Assembly (NCBI GenBank): GCA_964252035.1
Contig: OZ176200.1
DNA length: 64,000 nucleotides
Strand: one strand, 5' to 3'
Origin: Podarcis erhardii
Lineage: Eukaryota
The translations under genes and the position numbers were made by a program. Shown here one piece after another: positions 28,461-41,460 of the stretch; the first letter of the stretch is position 1; each line of letters begins with the position of its first letter. The notes beneath the pieces are model-generated. The model saw only the letters and a list, made by a program, of their open reading frames with translations. It made no database searches and was not told the DNA's origin.

Positions 28461-29140
28461 CAGTGTTTCTCAAACTTTTTTCTCTGGGCCACACTTTCAG
28501 AATAATGAATTTGCTCATGCCACACAAAACTTTTTATAAGAAATACATTTGGGGGGGGGGGGACAACTCCTAGCAGTGATTTATTTATAAAACAGAACAC
28601 AACCACTTTATAATATGATCATGGGTCATCCAGAAAGTATAAAGCAATTCAACTACATAAGAACATGAATCATTCCCAAAATAAAATTATAAACAAGCCT
28701 CTTACACATGTACCTTAAGTTTGTAAACAAAGTCAATGAGAGGTGTGGGCTTGCTTTTTCCAGGAAATCTGATTTATATCGGGTCCAATTTGAGTCAAAC
28801 AAATTCTTATCTCATCAACACAAATAAGCCTTTTCTTTTCTCCTTTCTGATTTTCATATTTATCAGAGTTGAAAATCCCCGTTCACAACAGTATAACATA
28901 GAGAACTGTAGAAGAATAGCCAATACAATTCTTCAGCAATCTGTTCAAATAGCGATTCTGGATCACAACTAGGATTGTCCTCAATATCACTTGATACACT
29001 TTCTCTCATTGTGAAAAGGTATCTGTTCATATTCTGCAAATATTTTTTAAACTATACACTGTACTAAACTACAATGCACTGAAATGTTTTAATGTTTCTT
29101 TGAATGCCCTTTAATCTTGCCATCCTCTCCTGCCACACTG
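28461..29140 (-). mobile_element. hAT (Charlie/Buster) deletion derivative with transposase C-terminal remnant
   Basis: Terminus cagtgtttctcaaac at 28461 and cactg at 29136-29140. 8-bp TSD gtttaatt / gtttaatc. The minus strand of ~28736-28940 encodes VLAILLQFSMLYCCERGFSTLINMK and, after a frameshift, DEIRICLTQIGPDINQISWKKQAHTSH, typical of the Buster transposase C-terminus. Confidence 0.85.
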
Positions 29141-29323
29141 GTTTAATCCAGTGGCTTAAAGATAATTTAATAATGGATCCCTCATGCCATGGAGCACAGC
29201 AACATTAACAGAACCATAGTGCTGAAAGAAATCCATGAAATTTATTTCATTTCCCTAAATAATCAGCAAAGATTTTTTTTCACACAGTGCAATACTACTG
29301 CTAGTCAATAACTGTGGAATATC

Positions 29324-29325
<2 letters not shown>

Positions 29326-29361
<36 letters not shown>
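29326..29361. repeat. (TA)n microsatellite
   Basis: Direct reading. Confidence 0.95.
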
Positions 29362-29363
<2 letters not shown>

Positions 29364-30444
29364 ACATCTGTGTGGAACATGCACTTTCCAGCCCCCCCCC
29401 CAACTGCCTTGGGAATAAGTGTTGCTGCTTGCAGTTGTGAGGGATTTTTTTCCTAGTACACATACTACCAAAATGTAGCAACAGCAACTTCCCAGAAGAA
29501 AGGAAACAGCCTTTCTTCAAATAAAGAGCTATATTTTTTCTAAATACGCTGAATAAAAATGTTTTAAAAGACAGAAAAACTCATAAGGTAGCAGACACCC
29601 TAATAAAGCTTCATATCTCATGAACCATGCATGCCTTCTATCTAATAACGGTACTACTTGAGCTGAAAGAACTGCATTTCCCCACTAAATAATATTGCCA
29701 CTTGAGCACTGAGAAAACCCTATCTCTCAACTATTTTGTGCCAAAAAGTGTGGAACATCGTCAGCGAACAAATTCACTGAACTGGCACAGAAAACAGCTA
29801 AGAGTTTGAGCTGTGGGTGGTCACTCCCAAAAGCAGATTCCACAACCTCCTACAGGGATTGTTCAACAGCTGTACAATCCTGGCAACTTCTATTACTGGT
29901 ATGGCATAATCATACTCTTAGATCAAACCAAGTAGAAAACAGTTTCCAAATGTAGCATCGACTACAAGCGCATGGAGTGCAAACCCATCCAGAACAAGCA
30001 ACTGACCTATTTCCTGGACCTGGGAATCACTGACCCACACCAACTGTTTCCAGCTCTGTTTATTTAGTCTTCATCCAGCCCACCACTCACAGCCATACCC
30101 GACAGTTGGGTGTCCTCAGAGTATTAAAAACACTGCACTCCAAATCCCCTAATAACAAACAGCTCCCAACAGCTTCAGTTTATGGTAAAAAGAAGCAAGG
30201 TTACATTCCCTTTATGGTCTATGAATGTCTGCAGTTACACTACCACAAATATTGGGTCCAGGTTGTGCTTTATCATCAGTGGCTGTACCATGGTACCTTC
30301 TTAAGGATCTGGACATGAGACCCTCACAGAAAGCTGCATTAAGCACCCCTCGATCTAACCAGTCATACTCTTCTGACTAGATCTGAGCCAAGAGGGACAA
30401 GGATTGAGAGAGCTTGTAGTCAGCTGCGTTATTGCAAGCATTGT

Positions 30445-30559
30445 GGGTGGTAGTCAACTAAATTTTACTAAGAGTAGACCCACTGAATTTAATACGCATG
30501 ACTAAGGTCCATTAATTTCAATTGGTTTACTTTGAGTAAAACTTAGTTGAATACCACCC
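30445..30559. mobile_element. Short palindromic MITE-like element
   Basis: Terminal inverted repeats gggtggtagtcaactaa / ttagttgaataccaccc (16/17 complementary). Confidence 0.7.
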
Positions 30560-30639
30560 CTTGTCCATTTCATCAGGCCTCATCCACTAAAACTGATGCC
30601 ACAAAAAAGGGAAATATGTAATACTGGATGCTTCCCTAT

Positions 30640-31400
30640 GAACAGTCGTAACTATGGCGTCAAAATGTTTGGAAGATGAGTGCCCTTATCCTCAAAATGT
30701 TGTGCAAACATTTCACAGTGCATCTTTACAAGCTCCCATGGGGTGTCCTCCATGGACAACAACCTCCGTACCACCCTAAAGAGTTCTGCTGGACAGCTGT
30801 TTGAGAATGCAGTAGAGATGGTAACGTCTTTTGCTGTCCCCTGCCAGATGGTAGGCACGATTATGTTCCCTAACTGGTGTTTGGACAGAACTTTCCACCA
30901 GCTGCACTATTGTTGTAATCCAGCCTGCTTCATTGTCTACAAGTTCAAAGAATTTCAGGCAGCTCCACATCACCAGAGAGGACACTCAAGAGTAATCACA
31001 ACTCTTGCTTCAAGTCTTGTTTCAAGTCTTGCTGTTCCACAATGCAAGAAAGGCCTTGACAGGATTGTCAGCTTTATCCACTGGAAAATCCTCCACAGCA
31101 TTCAGGAATCCATCACATTCCATAACTATCCAAGGATGGACCTGCAGGGGGAATGTGGCACCAAAAGCCACTAGGAAATAGTCCAACCATTACAGTGCAA
31201 TTTCTCTAACTGCACCCTCCCCATTACTAGACCACCAGCCATGCCATCTGCATCAAAGTCCAAACTGAGGGTATGTCCCACTCTATGTGCCAGGCCAATG
31301 GCAACTTGAGATAGCCCCATGGTTGTCATGGAGGTCATGAAGTCCCAACCCAGTGCAGGCAACCTCTTTTCTGTGTTCAAGGACTTTCCACACTTACACC
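30640..31400 (-). mobile_element. L2 LINE ORF2 fragment (end of endonuclease to pre-RT region), degenerate
   Basis: Minus-strand peptides DFMTSMTTMGLSQ...HRVGHTLSLDF, GFLNAVEDFPVDKADNPV and CPAELFRVVRRLL...HCEMFAQHFEDK resemble squamate L2 ORF2. Stops and frameshifts present. Confidence 0.8.
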
Positions 31401-32405
31401 TAGCTTTCCTGTGCACCATAGACAAGTCCCACTTTTAGTATTCAAGGCACTCTAGATATTGTTAATTGGTCTCTTATTTCCCTATGCGGTGAAAACACAC
31501 TGCCACCCAGAGCTAATTTTCAAGAAGAGGGAAGCTACAAACACAAGCAAAATAGGTCTGAGAGAGAGAGGGCTTGCTTCCATTTAAACACCAAATAGCC
31601 CAGTTATGCAAGCATATTCATAAATAAGATCCACAAAGTTCAGTGGAATTTACTCATCGCCTTTAGATTTGTACTGTCCTATCCTAAAGGCTGTGTTTGA
31701 AAAAGACAGTCTTGTTCACCCATCACCTCACACAGGAAGTATACATTCAAATTCTACTAATGAATAGCAAAACATCAGGGCCCATCTCTCAGTTGGATTG
31801 TAGCTTACTCAAAAAACCTTTGAGGCTTGGCTGAAGCACAAAATATCAAGCATGAATCCTTCTGCTAGTCACACTTTGAATATTGAGGGTGTTCAAGATA
31901 TTTTTAATATTACAAATTCTGTTTTAAAGGTGCCATCAAAATGGGGCCATGGCATTATCTAATGAACATAATGCCACGTTACATGAGTCATGGCCACTAG
32001 CTTAGATAACATTAGGAGGCGAAATGTGATAAATAAAGTGAGTTGAAACATACTATGGCTTTAAAGAAGAGTAATAAAGTTACATTTTAGTGGCAATTAA
32101 GCCACATAACTTTTATATTTCAGATGAAGGTTTCTAATCTCCATTGCTCACTACAAAGCTACATTTGACTGCTGCAGTCAAATGCAATGCATTTGAAACA
32201 AGAAAATAAAAATCACGAGCAACCAAAAGCATAAACTAAAACTGCAGGATTTTTTTATATTTAAGAAAGTCCCCCCCCAATCCATAACACATTTCTATTA
32301 CCATGAGGACTAGAAACATTTTAAAAATGCACTGAAAATCAGTTACTGAGCATTGCACTGAAGCTTTCTAGGCCACACAAGGGTAATGCCCACACTGTAA
32401 CACAG

Positions 32406-32434
32406 ATGATGATGATGACGATGATGATGATGAT
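32406..32434. repeat. (GAT)n microsatellite
   Basis: Direct reading, one GAC interruption. Confidence 0.9.
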
Positions 32435-33765
32435 TTACTTATTCCCCAGCCACTCTGGGATTTATAACTTTAAAAAAGTGTCTGGAAGGAATGGAGTGGG
32501 GTGTGGGGTGTGTGTGTACAAATGGTTAAATGATGATTACTGTGAATAAGCAAGTCTTTAATACTTGTAATATGTCATGTGAACACACTTTCAGAAAATA
32601 TTTTATAAAAATATACCATTGTGGGTTTTAGATAACTATATAATCTCTTATAAACCAATCTTTAAAGTTCTGTGTTTGTTAGCATGCTGGAGATGTAAAT
32701 ACCTAAATACTATAGGTGTGCATATAATTTATTAAATTAATATCCCACCCATCCTCCCAAAGGAGTCCAGAACAGCAAGAACTTGGCCACTTGAAATGTT
32801 CAAGGGCAGGTATAATGGTGTTTACACTCTAAGTGTTTCTTTTTAATGGTACTCACATGGTGGATACAATAGACTGAGAGGTGAGAAGTGGGGCTCTTAA
32901 ATCTCCACAGCATGTGCCATAGTGACTTAAAAATGTTTTAATTTATTCCACTTTTTACTTTGCCATATTCATTTTGCTTGGAAGCATATTACACCATGGA
33001 ATAAAATACCCCAACTGTACAAGAACATATTAAAATTAGCTCAAGGAACTCTTACAATGATTCTTGAAAATATTCAAGCTTGAACCAGGAAACCTCTAGG
33101 CTTAGAACTGTAGGGAAGCCACTGTAGAGCAAAACACATTTCCCGTGAAATGCACTTGCATCCTATAACATAAGAGTTTTTAGCCCTTAAGACTTTCAAG
33201 ATCAGCCTGAGCAAATATGGTCACAATTTTATTGCAAGCTCATTGTAAAGAGTGGCAGGGGATAAAATAATTGCCAATGAAGTTTCAGAAGCCAGCACAG
33301 ATTTTCCAGAGGTTGGATATCGGTGCTCCAGATAGTAATCCCAAGATCTCTTACTAGGGAGCAAATTCCATTGAACTGAACTGAATTATGAGCAAACATG
33401 TTTAAATTAGGACTGCACTGTGAATATCACAAACAAGCAGAAAAAGGCATTTGTGTTTAGCAGCCAAAATACCATGCCACAGTTATTCAAGTTTACACTA
33501 AGAGAGCTACCATATTTATAGTGTCAGAATTCACATTCCACCAATCCCCTGAACAAAATTTTGCTATAGTTCTAAAGTATAGATGGTTAGATATTTCTGG
33601 ACAAATCTCCATGTTAAATTTTTAAAAAGCAGATAGGTTTCTCCAGCTGGCAGATAGAATGGACGACATGATACTGGAGGCCTAATTTGCTATCTAACAA
33701 GTGGGTATGCAGTCAATAGTGCAGCTAACACCAATTGTTCCCTACCCAATCCAAGGAAACAATCA

Positions 33766-33960
33766 ATTTTATTTTTTATTGCATTCATGCCTTCCCTTTC
33801 TTCCAATCAACTCAGTACAACGTATTTTGCTCTCCTCCTCCCCATTTTGTCCTCAAACCACTCTGGTAGGTTAGGCCAACAGAGTATGTGACTGGCCCAA
33901 GGGTTACCTAGCAAGAGTCATGGCTGAGTGGACCTGGGTCTAGCCAACACACTGGCTAGC
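33766..33960 (-). mobile_element. Decayed tRNA-derived MIR/Squam-like SINE
   Basis: ccccattttgtcctca...ggtaggttaggc...gtgactggcccaagggttacc...catggctgagtgg pattern shared with the 63540 element. Confidence 0.6.
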
Positions 33961-36147
33961 CAATGAAAAATATGAATATTATCTTGCTTAAGTGAATGAG
34001 ATAGTATTTCAAGCCATTGGTTGAGCAAGTTGTGCCATCAATGGAGGAGCAGCAACTCCCACAACACACACACAAAATCTATCTATCCACACACACATGC
34101 ATACTCTTTTATTAGCAACAATCAATAAAAAATTGAAAAATTGAAACAGGTTCTTTTGCTCAAATATTTGCAATGATAATTAATTGGAGGAAAAAACAGT
34201 ACTTAGGCTCAGCTCCCAGATGCCTGCTCTTTGTATAGCTGTCCTTCAACAAATCTGACCATTTAACATTACTTCACATGGCATTTTTGGGGTGGGAGTG
34301 GGGGTGTTATTCCAGATAAACATTAGAGTTCATTTCTTCCTCACAGTGAGTTAAAGAACCAAAAGACATGTGCGACTTTGCTTTGAGTCTGTGTCAGAAA
34401 AAGAGCGAGAGAAAGAGATTACCAAATGTGTCTTGCCTGATGATAAACGTACTTGGTTTTGGCTAAAAGCAGTAATCATATCAGTATCCCTTGTTATGTC
34501 CAGCAAGTTTCTTCAGCATGGATTTGTCTTCAGAAGCACACTTCATGGGACTTTTATTAAGTCCATTTGAAAAGAGAATAAGTTTTGAAGGGCAGAGTAA
34601 CATTGCAAGGGGCAGCAGGATTGCCAGCTTACACTTGGCTTTTTGAGATGCAACATGAAAAAGGCACCTCTGCTTTTAATACACCAGCATGCTGGCTAAT
34701 GCAGCTTTTCACATCGTAGTGCTAGAGTAGTAAAGAAAAAAGGAACCTGTAGAATATATCTTCCCCTTCCATATTGCTATTAAACACAAAATGAGCCCCA
34801 CCCTGCTAGAGATTTGGTAATTCTTCATGTACGGAACTACATTCTTCTACCACTCCAGCTGCACACCAATGTATAGATTTTTAAGTATGATAAAGTCAGC
34901 AAAGAAATGACTACTTAACAAATCCATCTATCTTTTGGAATTGCGGCTGCAATTTTATGAGCCCAACTGAACTCCAGCAGGACTTACTTCCAAGTAAACA
35001 TGCCTAGGATTGGATATAGATGATATTCTTTAAAAAGGAACATCATGTTCAAAATGAGAATGGGGTGATAAAGCTTCTTGAAAAGGATACCTCAGTTAGT
35101 GTAATTGTACACCTGCTTGCAGCGTAACATGCAACGGCATAACTATAGCTAGCTAATTTTTAAATGCATAATCACAGAGGTTTATTATTTGTCAGTATAT
35201 CAAACTTATTTGCTCACAAATAATAAGACACTTCTTAAAACAAGTTAATAAGCCTAAACCTACTTTTTTGAAACAAATGTCTATGCAGACACCAATATCT
35301 TAATTCACTGGCAATTTTTCTTTCACTATTATTTTTGTTAGAAGATTACTATTCTTCTCATTCTAACATTAAAATAATTCTGGAGTTGGAAAGCATTCTT
35401 TCTGTAGTTATTTTTAGGGGAGGGAAGGAACAAAAAGTTAAGAGATCAAAGCACTCCAATTTTAGAAGTGTGTCACTGATTTAATGAAATGATTATGAAG
35501 GATGCTTCTAGTTCAGAAACAAAAGCCAAAGTTTGGCCTTTGGAAACAAACAGCAAAACTAAAAGCACGCATACCGTGTTGCTGTGTATACTTGCTTGCT
35601 ATTCAACATATTTTACTTCAAACAAATTTTAGGACATACACCCCTCATTATATCCTGCAAACTTGGGAGTAAATTTCTTCCTTACAGTGACAAAACCCAA
35701 TTCAGTTTAAAGACAACCCAATAAAATTGAACAGGAATTTATTGGGCAACAATATCTTAAAATAAAGTTACGTTGCATCAGAAGTTTCACCAAGGTTTAA
35801 ATAGTGAATTAAAATACAAAATGTTTCAAAGGCACATAAATCAATCATTTCCCCAGACATATCCACTGCACAAACATCAGTTAGCTTTAAAAACAACCAC
35901 AACTACCAGCCCTTAGTTCTTTAGATATCTGTGCAGCCAACAATTCCATAAGGCTAAATAACTTTATTTACGTCACGATGAAGAAAGTGAAAAATAAGAA
36001 TCTAAGGAACAAGTCAAATCCTTCCCCAATGTATGGGAAGGCTGTAGGACACTCCTACACTTGGAGTAGCAAACATAGAAGAGGAAAGTTATTGTCCTGG
36101 GGAACTAGATCATCCCAGTTTTTTTCAAAGGTACCGTATATTAATGT

Positions 36148-36395
36148 GAGAGCCAGTGTGGTTTAGTGCAGGGATAGACAAAATAGTGCCTTCAGATGTT
36201 GTTGGGCTTCCATCATCCCTGATCACTGGCCACACTAGCTGGGTCTGATGGGAGCTAGAATACAACTAGGGGGGCACCACTTTGGCTACCTCTACTGCAG
36301 TGATTTCACCAGGACTGAGAAGACTCAAGCTCAAATCCCCGCTCTGCTACAAATCTACTGGGTGGCTGTGAAACTGTCTCTCAATCTGACACTCT
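36148..36395 (+). mobile_element. tRNA-derived MIR/Squam-like SINE interrupted by a hAT MITE
   Basis: Head gagagccagtgtggtttagtg (36148-36168). After the MITE it resumes with B-box-like gctcaaatcc and ctactgggtg. Confidence 0.6.
36169..36294. mobile_element. hAT MITE nested in SINE head
   Basis: Ends cagggatag...ggctacctcta with internal ccatcatcc/gatggga inverted arms. Flanks gtttagtg / ctgcagtg form a degenerate 8-bp TSD. Confidence 0.7.
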
Positions 36396-39300
36396 TGAAT
36401 AAAAAACTGCAGAAAGATATTGTACACTATCACAAGTTCCTTGAAGAAAGTACTAAATATGAAATGAATGAAACATTTAAATAATCCATACTCTTAAATC
36501 CAATACACTTTGCTGAAAGCTAAAACAATGTATTTTGAAAAAGTAACATTTTAACATAGACGTGTGTGTCATAAAAAAAATCTTCCCATTGTTCAACCCC
36601 CATACAAAATGTTCTACTAATTATTCTACTATGAGTCATTCAATAAAAATAGCTGGAACTATGGAAAGGATCATGAAACTGAAAAGTGAGTTGGGAAACC
36701 CTAATAAGCACGCATTCAAAACATGCTCCGTTGTAAGGATACATCCCGATGTAGGTCACTCAGAAGCACTTCATCTCATAGTATCTTTTGAATTCTTCTG
36801 GTGGTGCTGCCCTGACTATTTGGTAAAACTAAAAGCCAACGAAATCTTTAAAATGTTTCCTCAAAATGTGATCCATCCTACTAGCAAACACAATTGCTGT
36901 CACACATCAGAACACCTCCAGCTGAAAGCAACACGAGTTACAAGTGCTCTCCACTCTATAGCTTTATACATAGAGATAATGAGCCAGTTAAATCCAAGCA
37001 TTACGGCAGCCGAAGAATTTAGCAGGATTGATGAAAGAGTAACAAAGGAAAAGCAGGAGAAAGCTTACACAGTCTATACTTTGCCACATACCACTGCATG
37101 GCATATAATTAGCAACAGTTCAAAGTAATGGGGTTAATGAAACAAAGATCACAAGATGTTTCTTGTTCTTTCGTTTCTTCATTAGCCGTTTCAAATATAG
37201 ATTTGCTTCAATAAGCTTTTGTGCTCAGATCACTTACTCTGGAGTAATCCCAATGATATTGATGGGCTGGCATCTATGCCAGTCAATAGGGTTTTTTAAC
37301 AACAACAAAAAGTGCATTTAAATCCCCCCCCCCACTTCATTATATTGAAGGCAATTATACACAAATACTTTCATTTGTGAAAAAGCATTTGCTTGCTCAT
37401 TACCATTACAAGACATTTTGTGGAATGTAATTCACCAATATTTGCAATACAATTCTCATATTAAGGTGCTATTTCAGGGTCTTTTTCTCTTTACTAAACA
37501 GTCCAATTCAGAGACTTCCTACATGTCCTTGATTTGGACTCAATATATATTCACTCACTAACTTCTTTTCATAACAAAAATGCTTAAAATGCCTATATAG
37601 GAATTCAGTCTTATATTCCCACTCCTGTCTCCTTCTGTGTCTTGAACAGCAGCTTAGCATAGAAAGCAAACAGGTTTCCTGGCACAGAGATAAAGTGATC
37701 AGAAAAGATTTACAGGCTAGATTTCTGTAGTTTCAGGCTGCTCTTAAAGGCACAATGCAGGTAATTAGATGGCAACTGTCACAGCCCATTCCTATTTGTG
37801 TGTACACAAAGTTCCATGGCACTTACTTGAGAGTAAATGTTAATAGTACTGCAGTCCTGTGCACACTTACTCGTAAGTAAGTCCAATTGAATGCACTGGG
37901 GTTTGCTGCTGACTAAACACACTGTACATGCCCATGTCCCATTCAATTATTTACTTTATTTTATTTTTAAATATTTATACTTTAAAGCAAGCATATGAAT
38001 TAAAATGCTTGATTAAAATCCATGCTGCTAGATTCAGCAAAAATAGTTATTTGTAGAGACACAGAAGATAAATATATATAGTCAAATGCGCGCACACTCT
38101 CTCTCTCTCACACACATGCCATTTTCCTTTTTTCAGACACACTTTGCTTAGACTACCACAGGTGCATGTGCCAGAAGTAAATTTGTATTCACATTACAAA
38201 CCCAACGGATAAGGAATTTAATTTTTATAGCTTTCTCTACAGAACATGGCTCACAAATGCCAACAACAAGGAATTCAAAACAGGATCAATTCTTTTCCCT
38301 TCTTGGAAACAATCTTATAAGTGTCCAAGTACTCGACAACATGAAAGAATATTGTTGCTTCTCTGAGCTCTTTTGATATCTCTCTCTGCATGGTGGAGCT
38401 GTTCACGAGTGATGGGAGAAATCTCTTTTGAAAATAAATGGCACCTCTTCAAGTGTGTTCAGATACATCCTGGCTGGACCTTCAGTTATAACTTGAAAAG
38501 GATGCTTGATTTTTAAATTTGTTTTAGGTATCAAATTGTGATGCCTGTAACAATCTTCAAACCTGATTCTTGCAGCACAGACTTTATGAGTTTCCCCCAT
38601 GTCAACACAGAAGGCAGAAAGTAATGAGAGTGGTGAGGAGAGGTAACGGGAGAAAGGAAGAGAGGATGGGGTTAGGCAATTGTTGCTGAACATCCCAACA
38701 AACTAAAGTTCACACTTCAGATGAGACATACTGAAAAGGTTAATGCTACTGCACTTAATGGTTTCTTCACATCCATAAGCATAGCTGTCACCACATACTT
38801 ACACAGAGCACTAATCACTTCACAAGCGTCGAAGCACTGGTACAAATTGTAGTGCACAGGAGTATGTTACCCACATGCAGCCTGATCCTACACATGCATA
38901 TACACACTTAGTCAGTAAGCATGCAGATTACTACAACATCACTCTTTCTTCTGGCCTTTAAGGATACCTAAGAATCACACATAAACAGGTCCCCAACTTA
39001 TACAAAAGAAAAATTGCAGTATATTAAGATGCTGAGCTTTGGAAAATAAACTTGGAGAGAATTAAAATGTTGATTTTAGCCACACTTAAAACATTTTTTT
39101 TAAAAAAAATCATTAAAGAGAAAATTTTTAAAAATCAAGAGACAAGTTCAAATGTTAGCTGTGCAGTTGTCATAAGACTACTATGATTGCGGCTTCAATT
39201 CTAACTGGGTACAGAATTGCAGTCTTCGGTTTCTTCCATAGCCAGTATTAACCATAAGCTTTACATCAATGTTTATTGCCAAAACTGTATTTGGACATAT

Positions 39301-40959
39301 TAAATACAAACAATGGACAGGAGAGTTGAATTAAATATATTCTTTTGAAGGTGATGTAAGTTTAAAAAGAGAAAGGAGGCAATGTAGTTTTGTGTGTAAA
39401 TGAATTTAAGTGGGTAAAATTAGGCACAGAAGAGATCCAATATGACACATTGTTCATTCTGATATGGAAAGAGGTATCAATGTCTTTTTGCAATAATCTT
39501 TTTAGGATATTGCATTTACAGTGCATTGTACAGTTATTTCTTAAACTGCACTTGAAAACAATCAGTTAAATTCTCGGTTAATAATGTAAATTAAAGGAAA
39601 TATCCTTCAAGGATATGCTTATAGAATCTACACTGTTTAATGACAAAAACAAATGATAAACTGGCAGCAACTAATATTATTTTTAAACAAATGTTAATAA
39701 AACAGATTGTCACTAAAGAAAAATAGCTACATTAGTTCTGCACTTCAGGGGGCAAAATCATTTCCACTTTAAATAAAATTTAGCCTTGAAATTAAATGTG
39801 CTATAATGAAGCATCTCACAGGTACCATTTACTGACATTGCCAGAACAAGAAGCTGCCTGTCATTGTTCTTCTAGCGCCTTGATATCCAGGTACCCTCAT
39901 GAAGTTATGCTGATGAAGAGAATTCAAAATTTGCTTTAGAGCAGGATAAAGTTCCTACTCCTATAAGAACTTATTTTTGGGAGGATACCCACTGATTTTT
40001 TCCTGGAATGACAGAATTCATTGTGTTTTAGGAATTTTATTCTCACTGGTTAATCAACAGGTATTTTCATATTTGCTGTTCTGGAACTAGCAAACACAAG
40101 CTTACGCTGCTTTTCAAATAATATGTTCCAAGCCCCTGTTCCTACAAAAATGCTGACATATCTAATTTTAATTTGACCTTCCTTGGAAGTTTCGCCGTCA
40201 CTCACACTGTGTGGTAGGCTGACTATATAGACTTCCATTTTTACCCAGCTTCCAGCTTCTCACCACTATATTTTGAAGGACAGAAGTTTAAAAAATGAAA
40301 AGCTAGGCTGTTTGTATATATCCGATAGTACAACTAATGCTCATAATTAACACTACAGCATGGATTTTACACCTGGAAGATATCCTTGTGTATTTTTGTG
40401 GGGGTTGGCGGCTTATCACAATCCTATGCATGTCTACTTAGAGGTAAATCCAATTTAGTTAAATTATCAGGTAAGTGGGTATAGGTTTGTCTATTAATAA
40501 AAGGATGCTAGACCCCCTGCTACACTTAAAGCTCCCAGATGTTTCCCATAAGATATATCAGTTTTCACTTTAAAAGATAGCATTTCTAGCAAAGAGAGTT
40601 TAATAACCTGTAACCATAACCATGGTGTACAATCAGGAATTTAAAAGCATGGGGAGGGGGGAGAGAGAGAATCTGCTACAAAATATAAACTAACTAAATT
40701 ACACATATTTTACTACCAAAATGTAATTGGAATAGGATGACTCTCAATTGGCCCACTGTGCTGCTTTCACCAACTATTACCATGTCTTCCCCAAGCTCAA
40801 AAGCAGTACGTTGATTTATTAGTAGATGGACATAAAAATTAATAGAATAAAAGTTAGTCCATTATTACCAACTTGGATCATTTTGTTTGGGTTGGGTTGG
40901 GTTGGGTTGCGTTGTGTAAAGAAAGGCAAGTTCATATTTAATGTTTCTTGTTAACTTTA

Positions 40960-41460
40960 AATCCTTTGCTTATTAATGGCAGTGGGGAGAGAGAGAGAAG
41001 GAGGTAAACACGCTGATGAAATACTTTATCATGCTGATTGACAGAAAAAATGCTCCATTACTTCACAAAATGCCCGTATAACAATTCCCTCCCATCAATA
41101 AATCATGATGAAATTCCAGTTAATTAAATAAACATTAGTCAATTAAACCTGGCGCTTTTTGTAAAGTTATACAATGCAAACTTAAGTTCTTATAAAGCGT
41201 ATGTTAACTGGGGGCAAAGAGCTAAATATTTTCCTTTATCGGATCTAACAACACTAGATGAGACTAGCAGATTAAAAACATGCAAGGGAGTTTCCTACAT
41301 ACAGCTATCATGCTGATTTTGTATCATTAAAATGGCTCCCAAACAAGCAGATTAACTGATTAATTGATGATTAAGACTACAGGAAGATCAGACATTACAC
41401 CCAAATACTTCTTGCATGCACACACAGAGCTAACTAATTGACAGCTACACACACATCAGA
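40960..41460. promoter_or_regulatory. Candidate conserved intronic enhancer (TALE/homeodomain/Fox motif cluster)
   Basis: GTAAACA 41004-41010, TGATTGACAG 41035-41044, GATTAACTGATTAATTGATGATTAAG 41350-41375, TAATTGACAG 41435-41444. Unique, non-repetitive sequence. Confidence 0.5.

Noticed and set aside
36562-37128. Longest N-free non-TE ORF (188 aa, plus strand)
   Set aside because: No recognisable domain, non-ATG start, antisense within an intron, composition typical of random AT-rich DNA.
39735-39760. CTCF-like motif cacttcagggggcaaa
   Set aside because: Several mismatches at informative core positions; not supportable without ChIP data.
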